Shown: positions 1 through 8,350 of the stretch, in pieces | Numbering within the stretch: the first letter of the stretch is position 1 | Layout: the number at the start of each line of letters is the position of its first letter | Origin: Deltaproteobacteria bacterium TL4 | GTDB lineage: Bacteria > SAR324 > NAC60-12 | Assembly: GCA_051382335.1 (NCBI GenBank) | Contig: JBBCAX010000030.1 | Span: 1 to 21,501 of the forward strand | Length of the DNA: 21,501 bases | Direction of reading: 5' to 3' | The notes under the pieces: generated by a model | What the model was told of the DNA's origin: nothing | Database searches by the model: none | The model's input: only the letters and a program-made list of their open reading frames with translations | Made by a program: the position numbers and the translations under genes

Positions 1-4
1 TTAG

Positions 5-71
5 GTAGGCTGGGATTACATGCCCAGCTTTTGCGAACGTTGTTTTTATCGGGCACGTAGTCCCGATCTAC
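5..71. repeat. Inverted pair of GTAG-type REP-like palindromes (REPIN/BIME-like)
   Basis: 5-28 reads GTAG-GCTGGG-attacatg-CCCAGC. The reverse complement of 48-71 reads GTAG-ATCGGG-actacgtg-CCCGAT. Both are 24 nt with a GTAG foot and a 6-bp stem, are 16/24 identical, and are separated by a 19-nt spacer. Confidence 0.75.
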
Positions 72-383
72 CACAAATTTAAAGGCTGACAGTGTACTAG
101 TTTGCCTCCTGAAAACATGAAGCAACATCAAGAAATGTACCAGTCATTTTTTATAGACCTTCAGGTTGACGATATTTCAGTCCTGCGGCTGATTTTAATA
201 GAATTTCCCTGACAAGACTATAGAAAATAATATTTAGATTTGCTAAATCTCTAGAGAGATCTCGGCAGGGACATCTTGGATAAGGGTTATTTTCAAGCTT
301 TCGTACTTATAATCTTAGGTGATCGGGTGGAGTATCTCTGTTGTAATGAAATAATCAAAACACAAAAGTGTAAGGAGTTGACG

Positions 384-1757
384 ATGACGATGGATATCAA
401 TATTTCAATTTTGATAGTTGATGATTCTAATACGATGCTGGCCATTTTAAACAAAAATTTGAAACAAATTGGCTATAGCAATATTATCACAGCAACAGAA
501 GGACAGGATGCAATCAATAAATTAAAAGAAAATGCGGTGGATTTGATTATCAGTGATTGGAATATGCCCCAGATGGATGGCTTGGAATTGTTGCAATGGG
601 TCCGGAAAGATGAAAAATATAAAGCGATTCCCTTCCTCATGGCCACGGCTCAAGCGGATAAAACCCAACAGGAGATAGTAAAAAAAGAACAAGGACATGG
701 ACTCATCGCAAAGCCTTTTGACGAGAATGAATTAAAAAACGCCATTGAAGAAGTTTTTGGAATAGCGAAGGCTCCTGCAGAAAAACGGGAGTCCCGAACA
801 GTAAAGGGTAAAATTCAAATGAAAATGGCACACATTCAAATCACAGATCATCTGATTCTTGGGGTTTTAAAGCATTGGTTGGATTCAGGCGAAGTTACAA
901 CAAAATACTTTGATTTGGAAACAGTGTGCCTGCCGGGATGGAATCCTGTGGTGAAAGCCCTCGAAGATGGAGAGGTGGATGGTGCCTTGATGCTGGCTCC
1001 GATTGCCATGGATATGTTTGGTTTTAATGTGCCCATAAAATTGGTTCTGCTGGCTCATAAGAATGGCAGTATTTTTATCCGCTCTAACAAATACAGTCTG
1101 GATGTATTTGGGGGCTCATTACATGATTTCTACAAATATAAAGTAGTGAATATTCCTCACAAAATGTCCATCCACAATATGTTGGCTCATCGATTTTTAA
1201 AAGAGTTAGGTCTCTTGCCTGGGGTTCCCGGGAAAAAATCCATTAATGTGCGGTTTGAAGTCGTACCTCCCATCCAAATGCCGGGCATTATGAAACGGGA
1301 TGATAAAGTCGCTGGCTTTATTGTTGCGGAGCCTATCGGCTCTAATGCTGTCGCACAAGGTATTGGCGATATTGAGTTTCTTTCCTCAACGGCATGGGAT
1401 AATCATCCCTGCTGTGTTTGTACGATGCGGGATGAGTTTATTGCAAAGAACACGGAGGCCCTTTATGAATTTACCTCATTACTGGTAAAAGCTGGAAAAT
1501 TTATTGAAGAAAACAAGGAGAAAGCTGCTGAAATTGCTGTCAATTTTCTGGACCCTCAAAAGAAATTGGGTTTGACCACAGAAGTCCTGAGTCGGGTGCT
1601 TAAAATGGTGAATGGCATCACCATGAAGGACCTCTATCCCAAGCTGGAAGATTTGGACACCATCCAAAGATACATGCATGACGAAATGGATATTGGTGTC
1701 ATTATTGATGTGGAAGAATTCGCGGATTTAAGATTTGCCGACGAGGCCTGTCGATAA
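384..1757 (+). CDS. CheY-like receiver domain fused to an NrtA/CmpA (NMT1-like) substrate-binding domain, cytoplasmic
   Basis: REC motifs ILIVDDS, ISDWNMP, MATA and IAKPF are intact. The C-terminal domain has ITDHL, GWN, MLAP, HKNGS, IVAEP and HPCCV. Start moved from TTG 276 to ATG 384, which follows TAAGGAG at 371-377 (ATG 390 is also possible). Confidence 0.85.
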   Translation: MTMDINISILIVDDSNTMLAILNKNLKQIGYSNIITATEGQDAINKLKENAVDLIISDWNMPQMDGLELLQWVRKDEKYKAIPFLMATAQADKTQQEIVKKEQGHGLIAKPFDENELKNAIEEVFGIAKAPAEKRESRTVKGKIQMKMAHIQITDHLILGVLKHWLDSGEVTTKYFDLETVCLPGWNPVVKALEDGEVDGALMLAPIAMDMFGFNVPIKLVLLAHKNGSIFIRSNKYSLDVFGGSLHDFYKYKVVNIPHKMSIHNMLAHRFLKELGLLPGVPGKKSINVRFEVVPPIQMPGIMKRDDKVAGFIVAEPIGSNAVAQGIGDIEFLSSTAWDNHPCCVCTMRDEFIAKNTEALYEFTSLLVKAGKFIEENKEKAAEIAVNFLDPQKKLGLTTEVLSRVLKMVNGITMKDLYPKLEDLDTIQRYMHDEMDIGVIIDVEEFADLRFADEACR

Positions 1758-1808
1758 ACCGGAAAGTTTTTGCCAAGAACACACAAAAAATTTTAACCAC
1801 AAGAATTT

Positions 1809-1870
1809 AATAACTTCCCCATTGGTAATATAGCACTGAGTATCTCTGCGTTAAAAGGGGAAGTTGTTTT
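1809..1870. terminator. Inverted repeat between convergent genes, possible bidirectional terminator
   Basis: AACTTCCCC (1812-1820) pairs with GGGGAAGTT (1857-1865) and is followed by a T-rich tract. The 36-nt loop is unusually long for an intrinsic terminator. Confidence 0.4.
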
Positions 1871-1880
1871 ATTTTAATTC

Positions 1881-4800
1881 CTAAGCCATAATTTTACAGG
1901 AGACCATGGTGACATCATCTTCCAAAGGTGCTCCGTCATTAAACTTCCACATTTCTTCGACAAGGCCGTCAATGATTGCTTGCAGGGGTTTTTGTCGATG
2001 TTGTTTTAAATAGTGACCCAACCTTTTTTCACCCCATTCCTCCCCTTGGGGATTCCGATTTTCGGTCAATCCATCCGTAAAGAAAAACAGTAAATCTCCT
2101 TTTTCCAGTTGGATTTCTTGTTCCGTGTAGGTTGATTCAGGGTCTTCACCCAGACGATTGCCCCGGCTGAGCAATTTTTTCACTTTGGTATTTTCCTTAA
2201 GGATCAACGGAAAATTATGTCCCGCGTTCGCATAAGTCATGATCTTGGTGTTTAAGTCAATAGCAACGACAAAAAAGGTCATCAGATATTTTTGTACACC
2301 TGCCTGATAAACCGCTTTGTTCAGATATTCCAAGGTTGATGCCGGTGTGAGATACCTTTTGTTTCTGTCATAGGCGGAGTACTTCCAATAGAGATTTTCA
2401 AGCATTCGGCACGTCGCGCTTGCGGTCGCGGTCACCAGTGCCGCGGGAACACCATGCCCCGTCACGTCACCAACCAGAATAAAAAAGGTATTTTCAATTT
2501 TACTGATGAAGCCATACCAATCTCCTCCGGTTTCAGAGGCGGATTGGAAGAAACTGGCCAGTTCCAATTGATCGTTTTGGGGAAGTTCTTTTGGAAATAA
2601 AGCATGTTGCACCGCGGCGGCCGTTTTTAGTTCTTCTTCCCGACGAACATTATTAGCCTGACTCGCGTAAAGCATGGCATTTTCCATTGAGATTGCCGCC
2701 TGAGAGGAAAGGATGTTCAACACCTTCATCCGATCGGGAGTAAAGGCTCCTGTGGTGAGATCATTTTCCAGGTAAAGGATTCCTTTGATTTTATTTTGAT
2801 AAATAATGGGCGCACACAGAATCGATTTAGGTTGTCGTTTCAAAACATAAGCGTCCGACGTAAATTTACCTTCATGTGAGGCATCGTTCAAGACCACATT
2901 TTCTTTGGTCCTGATGACATACAACACAATTGCCGCAGATAATTCCTCGGTGCTTTCAATCAAAATTGATTTCTGTTCTGTCACAATTTTATTTTGTGTC
3001 CTTCCTTGAACCTCAATTCTCCACGCACCTCCTTTTTCAAGAATCAGAAAGCCTTTTTCCGCGCCAGCGTTTTCAATCGCAATTTTGATTAAGCTGTCCA
3101 GTAATTTTTCCAAGACGATCTCGCTGGAAATAGCCTGAGACACTTTCATGACGGAAGCTAAATCCATCGATTCGGATTCTCTTTTAGTAGTCCCGGACAG
3201 CGTGGCCGTTGTTTTGACCCCAACACTGGTCGCCTGTTTTTGTTCCAGATGCAGTCCCGGATATCGAGTTTCCAAATCATTAATTTTTGCGGTTGCCCCC
3301 CATTTTTTATAGAGATAAAGGGCTTCCTGCATATAGGCTTTGGCGGCTTTGTCCTGCTCATTACTAAGGTAGAATTTTGCCAGCAATTCGTTGGCAAGGG
3401 CTTCTTCCTGAGTGAATTCATGTGTTTTCGCGCCCTCAATCGCCTTTTTATACAAAAACATCGCTTCCGAACCTTGTCCCAAAACACGGGCTATTTCCGC
3501 TGCGACCAAATCATACTTGTGCAAATAATTCATGGGACCAGACTTGACCCATCGTTTCAGTTTTCTTTGATTGGAGCGAACACGTCGAAGGTAGGGGGTT
3601 TGTTGTTTCCTGGGCAGCTTTCCCGCAATTGCCAAACTCACTAAAGAATCCAAAAAATAAAAAGCAGGCACATAATACAAACCCACCACATTATCTAACC
3701 TTTTCTTAACCATGACCGCATGTTGCGCCGCCTCCTCATAGCGTTCAAACAAATAACAAAGGAACATTTTGAGGAAAAATAAATCAAAAATAGCCGTTTC
3801 TTCATTCGTTTCCTGGTGAATGGGCAGCATTTTTTCTTCACTGTAAGCTTCACCTTCCAAGCGGTAAGGTTCTGTGTTTTCTCCCAACAAATTAGAAACC
3901 GTTTGACGAAACATATTGTTGTAATTCAAACTGATTTGTTGTTTGTAATGTTGAATCGCATTACAATAAACCGTGAGTTCATTCGCCTGTTCCTCCAGGG
4001 CTTTACCACTGAAAAAAGCATAAGAGCAGTACAGATGGGCAGAGAGTGCCGCGTATTCAATATCTCCGCTTTCCAGTCCTAATTGATAGGCTTCCAAAAA
4101 GGGTTGCAAAGTTTCTCTGAGATTGTGTTTCAAATGGGTGAGCATACTTTCTTTTAAAAACAACGTTCTGCCCCGATATTTCCGGGTATTGGGGCGATCG
4201 TTGATTTTTAAAGCCAACTCTCCATAGTGATACCCTGACTCCATCTGTCCGAGGGCCCCACTGGTGATCATCCCCAAGCCGGCAAAGCCGAAAGGGGATT
4301 CAGGACCAATCCCATAGTTTAAAGAGAGGCGAACATAGTGAAGTAAAAGGACAGCGAGTAAGTTCGAATTGACAGAATAAGCGGCACGACCCGCTAAAGA
4401 CATGGCATGAAGTGCCGTTAATATTTTAGGATCGGTCATGTCTTTAATTTGGCTAAAATCTACAATATTTTTTCGACTCAGCAGGAGTTTGGTTTTGACC
4501 AACTCCCAAGCGACATGGAGGTCATTGGTATTTTCAGCTATGGAAAATCCCAATATTTTTAAAATGGCCAATCCTTCTTTGAGGGATTCCTTGATTTTAT
4601 TTTGTGCAAACAGGCTTTGTACTCTAAGTTTACGAATAATGATTTTATCCTCTTGTGTTTTAGCCTGCTTTAGAATCACACTTGCCAAGTGTTCCATTTT
4701 CTCAAAATCGGTATTGAGATAAGCCGTTTCAACCGCTTCGGTGTAGAGTGCGACGGTCAACTCATAGTGAGCTTTCCAACACGTGTCATCTAATAATTCC

Positions 4801-7130
4801 AGTCCATTTTTTAAGTACTGATACGCCGGATCAAAGGCCGCGGAAATTTTTGCCTTACGTCCCGCCTTCAGGTTCAATTCTGTCAACCGGAGGCGTTCCG
4901 AGTGTTCTTGCATCAGTTCGCTGCCGCGATTTAAGTGGTTTACAATATCAAATATTTTTTCATCCCTTTGATTTTCAGGGATTTTTTCAAGCATCAACCG
5001 TCCCACTTTCAGATGAACTGCCTTTTTCTGCTCTTCCTCGATCATGGTGTACGCCGCTTGCTGCACACGATCATGCAAAAAGACGTGGGAGATGTTAGGA
5101 TTATCTTCAGACTCATCCAGAAATTTATAAGCGTCATCCGTAGGAAGCACCAGTCCCTCACTCAGGGATTCCCAGAGTTCATCGGCGGTTTCTTTAATGG
5201 ACTTTTCATTAACTATGGAAAGCATTTTCAGTTCAAAAGGTGTTCCCAGGCAAGCGGCAAGTTTTAAGACCGCTTGTGTTTTTTCAGGAAGTTTTTTGAT
5301 TTTCGCAACCATCAATTCGACGACATTATCCGTCATCCCCACTTGTCGTATACGCTCAATATCCCATTGCCACGCGCCTTTATGGCCGTCAAATTCAATG
5401 AACTGATCTTCATATAAAACCTGCAAGAGTTGACTTAAAAAAAAGGGATTGCCACTGGTTTTTTGCAGGCACAAATCTGCCAGTGGTTGAGCGACAGCGG
5501 AATCACACATCAGGGTATCCGAGACCAGTTGATTGACGTGTGTCGCACCAAGAGGTTTGAGGTTAATGGTACTGATCGGAAGTTCCGCTTTTCGAAGTTC
5601 CTTCAGGGTATTCATGAGAGGATGGGCAGGATCCACTTCATTGTCCCGGTAGGCTCCAATCAGAAATAAAAATTTTTCTTCAGGACTGCTCAGCAACAAA
5701 CTGAGCATCTTGAGCGAGGAACTATCAACCCACTGCAAGTCATCAAGAAAGATAACCAGGGGTGAGTTTTCCATGGCGAAGACACGTACAAAATTAAGAA
5801 AAATCAAATTAAAACGATTCTGTGTTTCTTCAGGAGGAAGCGGTGCCGCGGGGGGTTGTTTTCCAATCAGGAGTTCTACTTCAGGAATCACGTCAATAAT
5901 CACGCGTCCATTGATCCCTAAAGCGTCCAAAAGTCGTTGACGCCAGAAGGTAATCTTCGCTTCGCTTTCCATCAGGAGTTGTTCTATCAATTCTTGAAAG
6001 GCCTGTATCAGCGAGGCATAAGGAATATTACGCTTCAGTTGATCAAATTTTCCTGAAATGAAGTATCCCCGTTTTCGGACAATAGGTTTATGTATTTCAT
6101 GAATCACTGCCGTTTTGCCAATCCCGGAATAACCTGCCACTAAAATCAATTCTTTGGAACCGGAACAAACGCGATCAAAGGCCTCCAACAGGATTTCAAT
6201 TTCCTTTTCCCGCCCGTACAACTTTTGAGGAATTTGAAATTTACCGGAAATATCCTGCTGAGCAATTTCAAAATTTTCAATTTTTCCGGTTCTTATCAAC
6301 TGCTCACGGCAATCCTGAAAATCGATTTTAAGTCCAAAAGCACTCTGATATCGTTCTTCCGCGGTTTTGGACAACAACTTCATGATCATCCTGGAAATTA
6401 CCTGAGGAATTCCCGCGTTGATTTCATGGGGGGCTGTGGGAATTTTCGCGATATGGCAGTGAACCAGTTCCATGGGGTCATCAGTCTGAAAGGGGAGTTG
6501 CCGCGTCAGCATTTCGTAGAAAGTCACACCCAGCGAATACAGGTCGGTTCTGTAGTCAATCGCCCTGTTCATACGGCCTGTTTGTTCAGGAGACATATAA
6601 GCGAGGGTGCCCTCCAAAACATTGGGATTACGGATCTCAGGTTTCTCTCGGGATAAGGCCGTGGAAATACCAAAGTCAATAATCCGAACCTGACTACTTT
6701 CAGGATCCCAGATAATATTTGCGGGATTGATATCTTTGTGTATGATGTTGCGCTGATGAATATGCCCCAAAATATCAACGACACGGATGGCCACTTTTAG
6801 AAAACTTTCCAAATCCAAGGCTTTTTCCTTTAGGGAATCTCTTAGCGATTTTCCATTGAAATCCTCCAGTATGAGAACCAATGTATTTTGATACTTCTCC
6901 AAGCCATAGGTCTTGATGACACCAGCAAAATCAAAATTTCTGGTGATGTCATACTCCCGTTTGAATTGAGTCAATTCTTCCTGGGTGGGGTATTCTTTTT
7001 TCAACATTTTCAGGATGACAGGTTGTCCATCGTCTTCACGCAGTCCACGATAAACAACCGTATTTGCCCCCTCATAGAGAGGACCTTCTCCTGGTTGTGC
7101 GCTAACTTTATATCCTTTGAGCGAAATCAT
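1881..7130 (-). CDS. Multidomain Ser/Thr kinase + STAND/AAA ATPase + helical repeats + GAF + SpoIIE/PP2C phosphatase
   Basis: Kinase motifs: VILK, HKDINPANI, DFG, GTLAYMSPEQ. Walker A GYSGIGKT and Walker B LVIFLDDLQW. GAF: SILCAPI..GILYLEN..AFT. PP2C motifs: GGDWY, GDVTGHG, NAGH, FTDGL, EDDVT. Confidence 0.92.
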   Translation of the reverse strand: MISLKGYKVSAQPGEGPLYEGANTVVYRGLREDDGQPVILKMLKKEYPTQEELTQFKREYDITRNFDFAGVIKTYGLEKYQNTLVLILEDFNGKSLRDSLKEKALDLESFLKVAIRVVDILGHIHQRNIIHKDINPANIIWDPESSQVRIIDFGISTALSREKPEIRNPNVLEGTLAYMSPEQTGRMNRAIDYRTDLYSLGVTFYEMLTRQLPFQTDDPMELVHCHIAKIPTAPHEINAGIPQVISRMIMKLLSKTAEERYQSAFGLKIDFQDCREQLIRTGKIENFEIAQQDISGKFQIPQKLYGREKEIEILLEAFDRVCSGSKELILVAGYSGIGKTAVIHEIHKPIVRKRGYFISGKFDQLKRNIPYASLIQAFQELIEQLLMESEAKITFWRQRLLDALGINGRVIIDVIPEVELLIGKQPPAAPLPPEETQNRFNLIFLNFVRVFAMENSPLVIFLDDLQWVDSSSLKMLSLLLSSPEEKFLFLIGAYRDNEVDPAHPLMNTLKELRKAELPISTINLKPLGATHVNQLVSDTLMCDSAVAQPLADLCLQKTSGNPFFLSQLLQVLYEDQFIEFDGHKGAWQWDIERIRQVGMTDNVVELMVAKIKKLPEKTQAVLKLAACLGTPFELKMLSIVNEKSIKETADELWESLSEGLVLPTDDAYKFLDESEDNPNISHVFLHDRVQQAAYTMIEEEQKKAVHLKVGRLMLEKIPENQRDEKIFDIVNHLNRGSELMQEHSERLRLTELNLKAGRKAKISAAFDPAYQYLKNGLELLDDTCWKAHYELTVALYTEAVETAYLNTDFEKMEHLASVILKQAKTQEDKIIIRKLRVQSLFAQNKIKESLKEGLAILKILGFSIAENTNDLHVAWELVKTKLLLSRKNIVDFSQIKDMTDPKILTALHAMSLAGRAAYSVNSNLLAVLLLHYVRLSLNYGIGPESPFGFAGLGMITSGALGQMESGYHYGELALKINDRPNTRKYRGRTLFLKESMLTHLKHNLRETLQPFLEAYQLGLESGDIEYAALSAHLYCSYAFFSGKALEEQANELTVYCNAIQHYKQQISLNYNNMFRQTVSNLLGENTEPYRLEGEAYSEEKMLPIHQETNEETAIFDLFFLKMFLCYLFERYEEAAQHAVMVKKRLDNVVGLYYVPAFYFLDSLVSLAIAGKLPRKQQTPYLRRVRSNQRKLKRWVKSGPMNYLHKYDLVAAEIARVLGQGSEAMFLYKKAIEGAKTHEFTQEEALANELLAKFYLSNEQDKAAKAYMQEALYLYKKWGATAKINDLETRYPGLHLEQKQATSVGVKTTATLSGTTKRESESMDLASVMKVSQAISSEIVLEKLLDSLIKIAIENAGAEKGFLILEKGGAWRIEVQGRTQNKIVTEQKSILIESTEELSAAIVLYVIRTKENVVLNDASHEGKFTSDAYVLKRQPKSILCAPIIYQNKIKGILYLENDLTTGAFTPDRMKVLNILSSQAAISMENAMLYASQANNVRREEELKTAAAVQHALFPKELPQNDQLELASFFQSASETGGDWYGFISKIENTFFILVGDVTGHGVPAALVTATASATCRMLENLYWKYSAYDRNKRYLTPASTLEYLNKAVYQAGVQKYLMTFFVVAIDLNTKIMTYANAGHNFPLILKENTKVKKLLSRGNRLGEDPESTYTEQEIQLEKGDLLFFFTDGLTENRNPQGEEWGEKRLGHYLKQHRQKPLQAIIDGLVEEMWKFNDGAPLEDDVTMVSCKIMA

Positions 7131-7208
7131 TGTTTTTGTTCCTTAGCATGAGTCCTTGCCTGCCCCTCAAACGCATCATAATTTTGTGTGAGTTCATTTT
7201 TTAATTTT

Positions 7209-7249
7209 CTATTGCGTTCTATACAATTGTATTGTGGATAACGCAATAG
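7209..7249. promoter_or_regulatory. 41-bp imperfect palindrome in divergent intergenic region, putative operator
   Basis: CTATTGCGTTctatACAAT-tgt-ATTGTggatAACGCAATAG, with 19-bp arms that are 16/19 complementary. It contains the perfect palindrome ATACAATTGTAT (7221-7232) and the DnaA-box match TGTGGATAA (7233-7241). Confidence 0.55.
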
Positions 7250-7477
7250 TCTTTTGAAGGTGGTATTGAGTTTATACAGAGTATTTGAAAATCCTTTCAT
7301 AGATCGCTTGCAGGTGTTTTTAGCTCTATGTTAAAAAGTCTGAAGACTTGGTTCTAACTTCAGCCGCAGAATCACAGCGAAGCATCGCGAAAATCATTCT
7401 AAAAGGAGTCTATGTCAAAATCTTCAGACAATACACGATACGCACAAAACGGAGAGGTTCGTCATAAGGAGAAATTC

Positions 7478-8350
7478 ATGTCACAAATACAAGCTCAATG
7501 GAACCGAATGATCAAGGCGATGGGTGTTGAAGAACTGGAAATTCCCGCCACCTTGGTCAAATTTTACAAACAAGGAACAATCGTTCCTGCTCAAGTCATG
7601 GAGCATTATACCGAGGAACTGACCGTAACCAGTTGTCAGGCCACCAAACAGGCCTCCTTGGGAGACGCGATCTGTCTGACTCGAAATAACATTGGCTGTA
7701 TTGCCGCCGCCATCAGTTTGGGGCTTGTCGATCAGCAGGAGGCCGCACCGCTCCAGGGACCCAGAGTTTATACTGAGCTGATGAGAGCTCAGACTCCTGC
7801 TAAAACCGATTTTCAGCCTCCGACACCCCATGATTTTACTGAAGGCCTTGTGTACAGTTGCCATGCTGCTGGACGTCCTGAGTTTGGTTTGTTTGGAGCG
7901 GATGATTCGGGACGGTATAAAGATGTCGCCACCGCGAAAAAAGCGATTCATGAAATGATGGCGATACAGCCTCCCACCACACAAGCTGTTTTTTTTTTCG
8001 ATCCAACGTTTGATGACTTGGACATCACGCCTGATGTTATTGTTTGTAGTGTTCGTCCGGTCGAACTCACACGCCTCATCCAAGCCTATCAATATCAAAC
8101 AGGGCAGCGTGTTGAGTCCAGTATGGGAAGTTTGCGGGCTGTGAATTCTGATTTAATTGTTCGCCCTTATCTGACACAACAAATCAATATTTCTCCCTAT
8201 TGTCTGGGGGCGCGCTTGATTGCGCAATATGAGGCCAATCGAATGGGGCTGGGGATCCCTTTTCCCTTATTTGAAATCCTTGTAACAGGCATGGAAGCTT
8301 CAAAAACCGGGTACCCTTTCCACTTATATCCAGGCGCCATGGAATTATGA
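7478..8350 (+). CDS. DUF169-like Cys-containing protein of unknown function
   Basis: Pattern VKF..TSCQA..GCIAAAISLGL..PDVIV..P..YCLGAR..GIP resembles DUF169. ATG 7478 follows AAGGAG at normal spacing; ATG 7412 has an SD only 3 nt away. The stop overlaps the next start (ATGA, 8347-8350). Confidence 0.75.
   Translation: MSQIQAQWNRMIKAMGVEELEIPATLVKFYKQGTIVPAQVMEHYTEELTVTSCQATKQASLGDAICLTRNNIGCIAAAISLGLVDQQEAAPLQGPRVYTELMRAQTPAKTDFQPPTPHDFTEGLVYSCHAAGRPEFGLFGADDSGRYKDVATAKKAIHEMMAIQPPTTQAVFFFDPTFDDLDITPDVIVCSVRPVELTRLIQAYQYQTGQRVESSMGSLRAVNSDLIVRPYLTQQINISPYCLGARLIAQYEANRMGLGIPFPLFEILVTGMEASKTGYPFHLYPGAMEL

Noticed and set aside
276..383. 36-aa N-terminal extension from the TTG start in the ORF track, which could be mistaken for a leader peptide
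   Set aside because: A strong SD precedes ATG 384 and the REC domain starts right after it. The extension overlaps promoter-like sequence.
7233..7241. Perfect DnaA box suggesting a replication origin
   Set aside because: Only one consensus box was seen, with no box cluster and no dnaA/dnaN context.
7989..7998. T10 homopolymer as a phase-variation site
   Set aside because: It is in frame (Val-Phe-Phe-Phe), and A/T runs are common throughout this AT-rich window.
7481..8098. 205-aa antisense ORF, and other shadow ORFs such as 20080-20544, 6225-6656 and 10540-10959
   Set aside because: They lie opposite well-supported genes and show no recognisable motifs.
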